Source: Lepidodermella squamata
Taxonomy: Eukaryota; Animalia; Gastrotricha
Assembly: GCA_047495785.1 (NCBI GenBank)
Contig: JBLDXI010000018.1
Span: forward strand, 579,464 to 643,463
DNA length: 64,000 nt
Reading direction: 5' to 3'
The notes under the pieces were generated by a model that saw only the letters and a program-made list of their open reading frames with translations, made no database searches and was not told the origin of the DNA. Shown here in pieces: positions 40,101 through 53,750 of this stretch (positions are counted from its first letter, which is position 1; every line of letters starts with the position of its first letter). Position numbers and translations under genes: made by a program.

Positions 40101-43100
40101 ACGGCTGATATCGCAGTTTTGGACCCTTGTGCGTGTCACCACGATGCAGAATCGTGCTCCACCGCGGTAAATCAGCCATATTCTGGCATCATTCGAGAGT
40201 GGCAGCATTGCCAAACACGTTTGCAGCCGATTGGCGCACATATCGGATGACCGATATTTCGCTGCCAGCCAAAACGGCTGATATCGCAGTTTTGGACCCT
40301 TGTGCGTATCACCACGATGCAGAATCGTGCTCCACCGCGGTAAATCAGCCATATTCTGGCATCATTCGAGAGTGGCAGCGTTGCCAAACACGTTTGCAGC
40401 CGATTGGCGCACATTTCGGATGACCGATATTTCGCTGCCAGCCCAAACGCCTGAAATCGCAGTTTTGGACCCTTGTGCGTATCACCACGATGCAGAATCG
40501 TGCTCCACCGCGGTAAATCAGACATATTCTGGCATCATTCGATAGTGGCAGCATTGCCAAACACGTTTGCAGCCGATTGGCGCACATATCGGATGACCGA
40601 TATTTCGCTGCCAGCAAAAACGGCTGAAATCGCAGTTTTCGACCCTTGTGCGTATCACCACGATGCAGAATCGTGCTCCACCGCGGTAAATCAGACATAT
40701 TCTGGCATCATTCGATAGTGGCAGCATTGCCAAACACGTTTGCAGCCGATTGGCGCACATTTCGGATGACCGATATTTCGCTGCCAGCCAAAACGGCTGA
40801 TATCGCAGTTTTGGACCCTTGTGCGTATCACCACGATGCAGAATCGTGCTCCACCGCGGTAAATCAGCCATATTCTGGCATCATTCGAGAGTGGCAGCGT
40901 TGCCAAACACGTTTGCAGCCGATTGGCGCACATATCGGATGACCGATATTTCGCTGCCAGCCAAAACGGCTGATATCGCAGTTTTGGACCCTTGTGCGTA
41001 TCACCACGATGCAGAATCGTGCTCCACCGCGGTAAATCAGCCATATTCTGGCATCATTCGATAGTGGCAGCATTGCCAAACACGTTTGCAGCCGATTGGC
41101 GCACATTTCGGATGACCGATATTTCGCTGCCAGCCAAAACGGCTGATATCGCAGTTTTCGACCCTTGTGCGTATCACCACGATGCAGAAACGTGCTCCAC
41201 CGCGGTAAATCAGCCATATTCTGGCATCATTCGATAGTGGCAGCATTGCCAAACACGTTTGCAGCCGATTGGCGCACATTTCGGATGACCGATATTTCGC
41301 TGCCAGCCAAAACGGCTGAAATCGCAGTTTTGGACCATTGTGCGTATCACCATGATGCAGAATCGTGCTCCACCGCGGTAAATCAGCCATATTCTGGCAT
41401 CATTCGAGAGTGGCAGCGTTGCCAAACACGTTTGCAGCCGATTGGCGCACATTTCGGATGACCGATATTTCGCTGCCAGCCAAAACGGCTGATATCGCAG
41501 TTTTGGACCCTTGTGCGTGTCACCACGATGCAGAATCGTGCTCCACCGCGGTAAATCAGCCATATTCTGGCATCATTCGAGAGTGGCAGCATTGCCAAAC
41601 ACGTTTGCAGCCGATTGGCGCACATATCGGATGACCGATATTTCGCTGCCAGCCAAAACGGCTGATATCGCAGTTTTGGACCCTTGTGCGTATCACCACG
41701 ATGCAGAATCGTGCTCCACCGCGGTAAATCAGCCATATTCTGGCATCATTCGAGAGTGGCAGCGTTGCCAAACACGTTTGCAGCCGATTGGCGCACATTT
41801 CGGATGACCGATATTTCGCTGCCAGCCCAAACGCCTGAAATCGCAGTTTTGGACCCTTGTGCGTATCACCACGATGCAGAATCGTGCTCCACCGCGGTAA
41901 ATCAGACATATTCTGGCATCATTCGATAGTGGCAGCATTGCCAAACACGTTTGCAGCCGATTGGCGCACATATCGGATGACCGATATTTCGCTGCCAGCA
42001 AAAACGGCTGAAATCGCAGTTTTCGACCCTTGTGCGTATCACCACGATGCAGAATCGTGCTCCACCGCGGTAAATCAGACATATTCTGGCATCATTCGAT
42101 AGTGGCAGCATTGCCAAACACGTTTGCAGCCGATTGGCGCACATTTCGGATGACCGATATTTCGCTGCCAGCCAAAACGGCTGATATCGCAGTTTTGGAC
42201 CCTTGTGCGTATCACCACGATGCAGAATCGTGCTCCACCGCGGTAAATCAGCCATATTCTGGCATCATTCGAGAGTGGCAGCGTTGCCAAACACGTTTGC
42301 AGCCGATTGGCGCACATATCGGATGACCGATATTTCGCTGCCAGCCAAAACGGCTGATATCGCAGTTTTGGACCCTTGTGCGTATCACCACGATGCAGAA
42401 TCGTGCTCCACCGCGGTAAATCAGCCATATTCTGGCATCATTCGATAGTGGCAGCATTGCCAAACACGTTTGCAGCCGATTGGCGCACATTTCGGATGAC
42501 CGATATTTCGCTGCCAGCCAAAACGGCTGATATCGCAGTTTTCGACCCTTGTGCGTATCACCACGATGCAGAATCGTGCTCCACCGCGGTAAATCAGCCA
42601 TATTCTGGCATCATTCGATAGTGGCAGCATTGCCAAACACGTTTGCAGCCGATTGGCGCACATATCGGATGACCGATATTTCGCTGCCAGCCAAAACGGC
42701 TGATATCGCAGTTTTGGACCCTTGTGCGTATCACCACGATGCAGAATCGTGCTCCACCGCGGTAAATCAGCCATATTCTGGCATCATTCGAGAGTGGCAG
42801 CATTGCCAAACACGTTTGCAGCCGATTGGCGCACAGATCGGATGACCGATATTTCGCTGCCAGCCAAAACGGCTGAAATCGCAGTTTTCGACCCTTGTGC
42901 GTATCACCACGATGCAGAATCGTGCTCCACCGCGGTAAATCAGCCATATTCTGGCATCATTCGATAGTGGCAGCATTGCCAAACACGTTTGCAGCCGATT
43001 GGCGCACATTTCGGATGACCGATATTTCGCTGCCAGCCAAAACGGCTGAAATCGCAGTTTTGGACCATTGTGCGTATCACCATGATGCAGAATCGTGCTC

Positions 43101-46100
43101 CACCGCGGTAAATCAGCCATATTCTGGCATCATTCGAGAGTGGCAGCGTTGCCAAACACGTTTGCAGCCGATTGGCGCACATTTCGGATGACCGATATTT
43201 CGCTGCCAGCCAAAACGGCTGATATCGCAGTTTTCGACCCTTGTGCGTATCACCACGATGCAGAATCGTGCTCCACCGCGGTAAATCAGCCATATTCTGG
43301 CATCATTCGATAGTGGCAGCATTGCCAAACACGTTTGCAGCCGATTGGCGCACATATCGGATGACCGATATTTCGCTGCCAGCCAAAACGGCTGATATCG
43401 CAGTTTTGGACCCTTGTGCGTATCACCACGATGCAGAATCGTGCTCCACCGCGGTAAATCAGCCATATTCTGGCATCATTCGAGAGTGGCAGCATTGCCA
43501 AACACGTTTGCAGCCGATTGGCGCACATATCGGATGACCGATATTTCGCTGCCAGCCAAAACGGCTGAAATCGCAGTTTTGGACCATTGTGCGTATCACC
43601 ATGATGCAGAATCGTGCTCCACCGCGGTAAATCAGCCATATTCTGGCATCATTCGAGAGTGGCAGCGTTGCCAAACACGTTTGCAGCCGATTGGCGCACA
43701 TTTCGGATGACCGATATTTCGCTGCCAGCCAAAACGGCTGATATCGCAGTTTTGGACCCTTGTGCGTATCACCACGATGCAGAATCGTGCTCCACCGCGG
43801 TAAATCAGCCATATTCTGGCATCATTCGATAGTGGCAGCATTGCCAAACACGTTTGCAGCCGATTGGCGCACATTTCGGATGACCGATATTTCGCTGCCA
43901 GCCAAAACGGCTGATATCGCAGTTTTCGACCCTTGTGCGTATCACCACGATGCAGAATCGTGCTCCACCGCGGTAAATCAGCCATATTCTGGCATCATTC
44001 GATAGTGGCAGCATTGCCAAACACGTTTGCAGCCGATTGGCGCACATATCGGATGACCGATATTTCGCTGCCAGCCAAAACGGCTGATATCGCAGTTTTG
44101 GACCCTTGTGCGTATCACCACGATGCAGAATCGTGCTCCACCGCGGTAAATCAGCCATATTCTGGCATCATTCGAGAGTGGCAGCATTGCCAAACACGTT
44201 TGCAGCCGATTGGCGCACATATCGGATGACCGATATTTCGCTGCCAGCCAAAACGGCTGAAATCGCAGTTTTCGACCCTTGTGCGTATCACCACGATGCA
44301 GAATCGTGCTCCACCGCGGTAAATCAGACATATTCTGGCATCATTCGATAGTGGCAGCATTGCCAAACACGTTTGCAGCCGATTGGCGCACATTTCGGAT
44401 GACCGATATTTCGCTGCCAGCCAAAACGGCTGATATCGCAGTTTTGGACCCTTGTGCGTATCACCACGATGCAGAATCGTGCTCCACCGCGGTAAATCAG
44501 CCATATTCTGGCATCATTCGATAGTGGCAGCATTGCCAAACACGTTTGCAGCCGATTGGCGCACATATCGGATGACCGATATTTCGCTGCCAGCCAAAAC
44601 GGCTGATATCGCAGTTTCGGACCCTTGTGCGTATCACCACGATGCAGAATCGTGCTCCACCGCGGTAAATCAGACATATTCTGGCATCATTCGATAGTGG
44701 CAGCATTGCCAAACACGTTTGCAGCCGATTGGCGCACATTTCGGATGACCGATATTTCGCTGCCAGCCAAAACGGCTGATATCGCAGTTTTGGACCCTTG
44801 TGCGTATCACCACGATGCAGAATCGTGCTCCACCGCGGTAAATCAGCCATATTCTGGCATCATTCGAGAGTGGCAGCGTTGCCAAACACGTTTGCAGCCG
44901 ATTGGCGCACATTTCGGATGACCGATATTTCGCTGCCAGCCAAAACGGCTGATATCGCAGTTTTGGACCCTTGTGCGTATCACCACGATGCAGAATCGTG
45001 CTCCACCGCGGTAAATCAGCCATATTCTGGCATCATTCGATAGTGGCAGCATTGCCAAACACGTTTGCAGCCGATTGGCGCACATATCGGATGACCGATA
45101 TTTCGCTGCCAGCCAAAACGGCTGATATCGCAGTTTCGGACCCTTGTGCGTATCACCACGATGCAGAATCGTGCTCCACCGCGGTAAATCAGCCATATTC
45201 TGGCATCATTCGATAGTGGCAGCATTGCCAAACACGTTTGCAGCCGATTGGCGCACATATCGGATGACCGATATTTCGCTGCCAGCCAAAACGGCTGATA
45301 TCGCAGTTTTGGACCCTTGTGCGTATCACCACGATGCAGAATCGTGCTCCACCGCGGTAAATCAGCCATATTCTGGCATCATTCGAAAGTGGCAGCGTTG
45401 CCAAACACGTTTGCAGCCGATTGGCGCACATTTCGGATGACCGATATTTCGCTGCCAGCCAAAACGGCTGATATCGCAGTTTTGGACCCTTGTGCGTATC
45501 ACCACGATGCAGAATCGTGCTCCACCGCGGTAAATCAGACATACTCTGGCATCATTCGATAGTGGCAGCATTGCCAAACACGTTTGCAGCCGATTGGCGC
45601 ACATTTCGGATGACCGATATTTCGCTGCCAGCCAAAACGGCTGAAATCGCAGTTTTGGACCCTTGTGCGTAGCACCACGATGCAGAATCGTGCTCCACCG
45701 CGGTAAGTCAGCCATATTCTGGCATCATTCGAGAGTGGCAGCATTGCCAAACACGTTTGCAGCCGATTGGCGCACATATCGGATGACCGATATTTCGCTG
45801 CCAGCCAAAACGGCTGAAATCGCAGTTTTCGACCCTTGTGCGTATCACCACGATGCAGAATCGTGCTCCACCGCGGTAAATCAGCCATATTCTGGCATCA
45901 TTCGATAGTGGCAGCATTGCCAAACACGTTTGCAGCCGATTGGCGCACATTTCGGATGACCGATATTTCGCTGCCAGCCAAAACGGCTGAAATCGCAGTT
46001 TTCGACCCTTGTGCGTATCACCACGATGCAGAATCGTGCTCCACCGCGGTAAATCAGACATATTCTGGCATCATTCGATAGTGGCAGCATTGCCAAACAC

Positions 46101-49100
46101 GTTTGCAGCCGATTGGCGCACATTTCGGATGACCGATATTTCGCTGCCAGCCAAAACGGCTGAAATCGCAGTTTTGGACCATTGTGCGTATCACCATGAT
46201 GCAGAATCGTGCTCCACCGCGGTAAATCAGCCATATTCTGGCATCATTCGAGAGTGGCAGCGTTGCCAAACACGTTTGCAGCCGATTGGCGCACATTTCG
46301 GATGACCGATATTTCGCTGCCAGCCAAAACGGCTGATATCGCAGTTTTGGACCCTTGTGCGTATCACCACGATGCAGAATCGTGCTCCACCGCGGTAAAT
46401 CAGACATACTCTGGCATCATTCGATAGTGGCAGCATTGCCAAACACGTTTGCAGCCGATTGGCGCACATTTCGGATGACCGATATTTCGCTGCCAGCCAA
46501 AACGGCTGAAATCGCAGTTTTGGACCCTTGTGCGTAGCACCACGATGCAGAATCGTGCTCCACCGCGGTAAGTCAGCCATATTCTGGCATCATTCGAGAG
46601 TGGCAGCATTGCCAAACACGTTTGCAGCCGATTGGCGCACATATCGGATGACCGATATTTCGCTGCCAGCCAAAACGGCTGAAATCGCAGTTTTCGACCC
46701 TTGTGCGTATCACCACGATGCAGAATCGTGCTCCACCGCGGTAAATCAGCCATATTCTGGCATCATTCGATAGTGGCAGCATTGCCAAACACGTTTGCAT
46801 CCGATTGGCGCAGATTTCGGATGACCGATATTTCGCTGCCAGCCAAAACGGCTGAAATCGCAGTTTTGGACCATTGTGCGTATCACCATGATGCAGAATC
46901 GTGCTCCACCGCGGTAAATCAGCCATATTCTGGCATCATTCGAGAGTGGCAGCGTTGCCAAACACGTTTGCAGCCGATTGGCGCACATTTCGGATGACCG
47001 ATATTTCGCTGCCAGCCAAAACGGCTGAAATCGCAGTTTTCGACCCTTGTGCGTATCACCACGATGCAGAATCGTGCTCCACCGCGGTAAATCAGCCATA
47101 TTCTGGCATCATTCGATAGTGGCAGCATTGCCAAACACGTTTGCAGCCGATTGGCGCACATTTCGGATGACCGATATTTCGCTGCCAGCCAAAACGGCTG
47201 AAATCGCAGTTTTCGACCCTTGTGCGTATCACCACGATGCAGAATCGTGCTCCACCGCGGTAAATCAGACATATTCTGGCATCATTCGATAGTGGCAGCA
47301 TTGCCAAACACGTTTGCAGCCGATTGGCGCACATTTCGGATGACCGATATTTCGCTGCCAGCCAAAACGGCTGAAATCGCAGTTTTGGACCATTGTGCGT
47401 ATCACCATGATGCAGAATCGTGCTCCACCGCGGTAAATCAGCCATATTCTGGCATCATTCGAGAGTGGCAGCGTTGCCAAACACGTTTGCAGCCGATTGG
47501 CGCACATTTCGGATGACCGATATTTCGCTGCCAGCCAAAACGGCTGATATCGCAGTTTTGGACCCTTGTGCGTATCACCACGATGCAGAATCGTGCTCCA
47601 CCGCGGTAAATCAGCCATATTCTGGCATCATTCGAGAGTGGCAGCGTTGCCAAACACGTTTGCAGCCGATTGGCGCACATTTCGGATGACCGATATTTCG
47701 CTGCCAGCCAAAACGGCTGAAATCGCAGTTTTCGACCCTTGTGCGTATCACCACGATGCAGAATCGTGCTCCACCGCGGTAAATCAGACATACTCTGGCA
47801 TCATTCGATAGTGGCAGCATTGCCAAACACGTTTGCAGCCGATTGGCGCACATTTCGGATGACCGATATTTCGCTGCCAGCCAAAACGGCTGAAATCGCA
47901 GTTTTGGACCCTTGTGCGTAGCACCACGATGCAGAATCGTGCTCCACCGCGGTAAGTCAGCCATATTCTGGCATCATTCGAGAGTGGCAGCATTGCCAAA
48001 CACGTTTGCAGCCGATTGGCGCACATATCGGATGACCGATATTTCGCTGCCAGCCAAAACGGCTGAAATCGCAGTTTTCGACCCTTGTGCGTATCACCAC
48101 GATGCAGAATCGTGCTCCACCGCGGTAAATCAGCCATATTCTGGCATCATTCGATAGTGGCAGCATTGCCAAACACGTTTGCAGCCGATTGGCGCACATT
48201 TCGGATGACCGATATTTCGCTGCCAGCCAAAACGGCTGAAATCGCAGTTTTCGACCCTTGTGCGTATCACCACGATGCAGAATCGTGCTCCACCGCGGTA
48301 AATCAGACATATTCTGGCATCATTCGATAGTGGCAGCATTGCCAAACACGTTTGCAGCCGATTGGCGCACATTTCGGATGACCGATATTTCGCTGCCAGC
48401 CAAAACGGCTGAAATCGCAGTTTTGGACCATTGTGCGTATCACCATGATGCAGAATCGTGCTCCACCGCGGTAAATCAGCCATATTCTGGCATCATTCGA
48501 GAGTGGCAGCGTTGCCAAACACGTTTGCAGCCGATTGGCGCACATTTCGGATGACCGATATTTCGCTGCCAGCCAAAACGGCTGAAATCGCAGTTTTGGA
48601 CCATTGTGCGTATCACCATGATGCAGAATCGTGCTCCACCGCGGTAAATCAGCCATATTCTGGCATCATTCGAGAGTGGCAGCGTTGCCAAACACGTTTG
48701 CAGCCGATTGGCGCACATATCGGATGACCGATATTTCGCTGCCAGCCAAAACGGCTGATATCGCAGTTTCGGACCCTTGTGCGTATCACCACGATGCAGA
48801 ATCGTGCTCCACCGCGGTAAATCAGACATATTCTGGCATCATTCGATAGTGGCAGCATTGCCAAACACGTTTGCAGCCGATTGGCGCACATTTCGGATGA
48901 CCGATATTTCGCTGCCAGCCAAAACGGCTGATATCGCAGTTTTGGACCCTTGTGCGTATCACCACGATGCAGAATCGTGCTCCACCGCGGTAAATCAGCC
49001 ATATTCTGGCATCATTCGAGAGTGGCAGCGTTGCCAAACACGTTTGCAGCCGATTGGCGCACATTTCGGATGACCGATATTTCGCTGCCAGCCAAAACGG

Positions 49101-52100
49101 CTGATATCGCAGTTTTGGACCCTTGTGCGTATCACCACGATGCAGAATCGTGCTCCACCGCGGTAAATCAGCCATATTCTGGCATCATTCGATAGTGGCA
49201 GCATTGCCAAACACGTTTGCAGCCGATTGGCGCACATATCGGATGACCGATATTTCGCTGCCAGCCAAAACGGCTGATATCGCAGTTTCGGACCCTTGTG
49301 CGTATCACCACGATGCAGAATCGTGCTCCACCGCGGTAAATCAGCCATATTCTGGCATCATTCGATAGTGGCAGCATTGCCAAACACGTTTGCAGCCGAT
49401 TGGCGCACATATCGGATGACCGATATTTCGCTGCCAGCCAAAACGGCTGATATCGCAGTTTTGGACCCTTGTGCGTATCACCACGATGCAGAATCGTGCT
49501 CCACCGCGGTAAATCAGCCATATTCTGGCATCATTCGAAAGTGGCAGCGTTGCCAAACACGTTTGCAGCCGATTGGCGCACATTTCGGATGACCGATATT
49601 TCGCTGCCAGCCAAAACGGCTGATATCGCAGTTTTGGACCCTTGTGCGTATCACCACGATGCAGAATCGTGCTCCACCGCGGTAAATCAGACATACTCTG
49701 GCATCATTCGATAGTGGCAGCATTGCCAAACACGTTTGCAGCCGATTGGCGCACATTTCGGATGACCGATATTTCGCTGCCAGCCAAAACGGCTGAAATC
49801 GCAGTTTTGGACCCTTGTGCGTAGCACCACGATGCAGAATCGTGCTCCACCGCGGTAAGTCAGCCATATTCTGGCATCATTCGAGAGTGGCAGCATTGCC
49901 AAACACGTTTGCAGCCGATTGGCGCACATATCGGATGACCGATATTTCGCTGCCAGCCAAAACGGCTGAAATCGCAGTTTTCGACCCTTGTGCGTATCAC
50001 CACGATGCAGAATCGTGCTCCACCGCGGTAAATCAGCCATATTCTGGCATCATTCGATAGTGGCAGCATTGCCAAACACGTTTGCAGCCGATTGGCGCAC
50101 ATTTCGGATGACCGATATTTCGCTGCCAGCCAAAACGGCTGAAATCGCAGTTTTCGACCCTTGTGCGTATCACCACGATGCAGAATCGTGCTCCACCGCG
50201 GTAAATCAGACATATTCTGGCATCATTCGATAGTGGCAGCATTGCCAAACACGTTTGCAGCCGATTGGCGCACATTTCGGATGACCGATATTTCGCTGCC
50301 AGCCAAAACGGCTGAAATCGCAGTTTTGGACCATTGTGCGTATCACCACGATGCAGAATCGTGCTCCACCGCGGTAAATCAGCCATATTCTGGCATCATT
50401 CGATAGTGGCAGCATTGCCAAACACGTTTGCAGCCGATTGGCGCACATTTCGGATGACCGATATTTCGCTGCCAGCCAAAACGGCTGAAATCGCAGTTTT
50501 CGACCCTTGTGCGTATCACCACGATGCAGAATCGTGCTCCACCGCGGTAAATCAGACATATTCTGGCATCATTCGATAGTGGCAGCATTGCCAAACACGT
50601 TTGCAGCCGATTGGCGCACATTTCGGATGACCGATATTTCGCTGCCAGCCAAAACGGCTGAAATCGCAGTTTTGGACCATTGTGCGTATCACCATGATGC
50701 AGAATCGTGCTCCACCGCGGTAAATCAGCCATATTCTGGCATCATTCGAGAGTGGCAGCGTTGCCAAACACGTTTGCAGCCGATTGGCGCACATTTCGGA
50801 TGACCGATATTTCGCTGCCAGCCAAAACGGCTGATATCGCAGTTTTGGACCCTTGTGCGTATCACCACGATGCAGAATCGTGCTCCACCGCGGTAAATCA
50901 GCCATATTCTGGCATCATTCGAGAGTGGCAGCGTTGCCAAACACGTTTGCAGCCGATTGGCGCACATTTCGGATGACCGATATTTCGCTGCCAGCCAAAA
51001 CGGCTGAAATCGCAGTTTTCGACCCTTGTGCGTATCACCACGATGCAGAATCGTGCTCCACCGCGGTAAATCAGACATACTCTGGCATCATTCGATAGTG
51101 GCAGCATTGCCAAACACGTTTGCAGCCGATTGGCGCACATTTCGGATGACCGATATTTCGCTGCCAGCCAAAACGGCTGAAATCGCAGTTTTGGACCCTT
51201 GTGCGTAGCACCACGATGCAGAATCGTGCTCCACCGCGGTAAGTCAGCCATATTCTGGCATCATTCGAGAGTGGCAGCATTGCCAAACACGTTTGCAGCC
51301 GATTGGCGCACATATCGGATGACCGATATTTCGCTGCCAGCCAAAACGGCTGAAATCGCAGTTTTCGACCCTTGTGCGTATCACCACGATGCAGAATCGT
51401 GCTCCACCGCGGTAAATCAGCCATATTCTGGCATCATTCGATAGTGGCAGCATTGCCAAACACGTTTGCAGCCGATTGGCGCACATTTCGGATGACCGAT
51501 ATTTCGCTGCCAGCCAAAACGGCTGAAATCGCAGTTTTCGACCCTTGTGCGTATCACCACGATGCAGAATCGTGCTCCACCGCGGTAAATCAGACATATT
51601 CTGGCATCATTCGATAGTGGCAGCATTGCCAAACACGTTTGCAGCCGATTGGCGCACATTTCGGATGACCGATATTTCGCTGCCAGCCAAAACGGCTGAA
51701 ATCGCAGTTTTGGACCATTGTGCGTATCACCATGATGCAGAATCGTGCTCCACCGCGGTAAATCAGCCATATTCTGGCATCATTCGAGAGTGGCAGCGTT
51801 GCCAAACACGTTTGCAGCCGATTGGCGCACATTTCGGATGACCGATATTTCGCTGCCAGCCAAAACGGCTGATATCGCAGTTTTGGACCCTTGTGCGTAT
51901 CACCACGATGCAGAATCGTGCTCCACCGCGGTAAATCAGCCATATTCTGGCATCATTCGAGAGTGGCAGCGTTGCCAAACACGTTTGCAGCCGATTGGCG
52001 CACATTTCGGATGACCGATATTTCGCTGCCAGCCAAAACGGCTGAAATCGCAGTTTTGGACCATTGTGCGTATCACCATGATGCAGAATCGTGCTCCACC

Positions 52101-53750
52101 GCGGTAAATCAGCCATATTCTGGCATCATTCGAGAGTGGCAGCGTTGCCAAACACGTTTGCAGCTGATTGGCGCACATTTCGGATGACCGATATTTCGCT
52201 GCCAGCCAAAACGGCTGAAATCGCAGTTTTCGACCCTTGTGCGTATCACCACGATGCAGAATCGTGCTCCACCGCGGTAAATCAGACATATTCTGGCATC
52301 ATTCGATAGTGGCAGCATTGCCAAACACGTTTGCAGCCGATTGGCGCACATATCGGATGACCGATATATCGCTGCCAGCCAAAACGGCTGATATCGCAGT
52401 TTTGGACCATTGTGCGTATCACCATGATGCAGAATCGTGCTCCACCGCGGTAAATCAGACATATTCTGGCATCATTCGAGAGTGGCAGCGTTGCCAAACA
52501 CGTTTGCAGCCGATTGGCGCACATTTCGGATGACCGATATTTCGCTGCCAGCCAAAACGGCTGAAATCGCAGTTTTGGACCATTGTGCGTATCACCATGA
52601 TGCAGAATCGTGCTCCACCGCGGTAAATCAGCCATATTCTGGCATCATTCGAGAGTGGCAGCGTTGCCAAACACGTTTGCAGCCGATTGGCGCACATTTC
52701 GGATGACCGATATTTCGCTGCCAGCCAAAACGGCTGAAATCGCAGTTTTGGACCATTGTGCGTATCACCATGATGCAGAATCGTGCTCCACCGCGGTAAA
52801 TCAGCCATATTCTGGCATCATTCGAGAGTGGCAGCGTTGCCAAACACGTTTGCAGCCGATTGGCGCACATTTCGGATGACCGATATTTCGCTGCCAGCCA
52901 AAACGGCTGATATCGCAGTTTTGGACCCTTGTGCGTATCACCACGATGCAGAATCGTGCTCCACCGCGGTAAATCAGCCATATTCTGGCATCATTCGAGA
53001 GTGGCAGCGTTGCCAAACACGTTTGCAGCCGATTGGCGCACATTTCGGATGACCGATATTTCGCTGCCAGCCAAAACGGCTGATATCGCAGTTTTGGACC
53101 CTTGTGCGTATCACCACGATGCAGAATCGTGCTCCACCGCGGTAAATCAGCCATATTCTGGCATCATTCGATAGTGGCAGCATTGCCAAACACGTTTGCA
53201 GCCGATTGGCGCACATATCGGATGACCGATATATCGCTGCCAGCCAAAACGGCTGATATCGCAGTTTTGGACCCTTGTGCGTATCACCACGATGCAGAAT
53301 CGTGCTCCACCGCGGTAAATCAGACATACTCTGGCATCATTCGATAGTGGCAGCATTGCCAAACACGTTTGCAGCCGATTGGCGCACATTTCGGATGACC
53401 GATATTTCGCTGCCAGCCAAAACGGCTGAAATCGCAGTTTTGGACCCTTGTGCGTAGCACCACGATGCAGAATCGTGCTCCACCGCGGTAAGTCAGCCAT
53501 ATTCTGGCATCATTCGAGAGTGGCAGCATTGCCAAACACGTTTGCAGCCGATTGGCGCACATATCGGATGACCGATATTTCGCTGCCAGCCAAAACGGCT
53601 GAAATCGCAGTTTTCGACCCTTGTGCGTATCACCACGATGCAGAATCGTGCTCCACCGCGGTAAATCAGCCATATTCTGGCATCATTCGATAGTGGCAGC
53701 ATTGCCAAACACGTTTGCAGCCGATTGGCGCAGATTTCGGATGACCGATA
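10129..53750 (+). repeat. 173-bp tandem satellite, subfamily A (~252 monomers, head-to-tail)
   Basis: Consensus TTGGCGCACATWTCGGATGACCGATATTTCGCTGCCAGCCAAAACGGCTGAWATCGCAGTTTTGGACCCTTGTGCGTATCACCACGATGCAGAATCGTGCTCCACCGCGGTAAATCAGCCATATTCTGGCATCATTCGATAGTGGCAGCATTGCCAAACACGTTTGCAGCCGA. ORF starts recur at exact 173 spacing (10198 to 53621 = 251 x 173). Confidence 0.99.
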
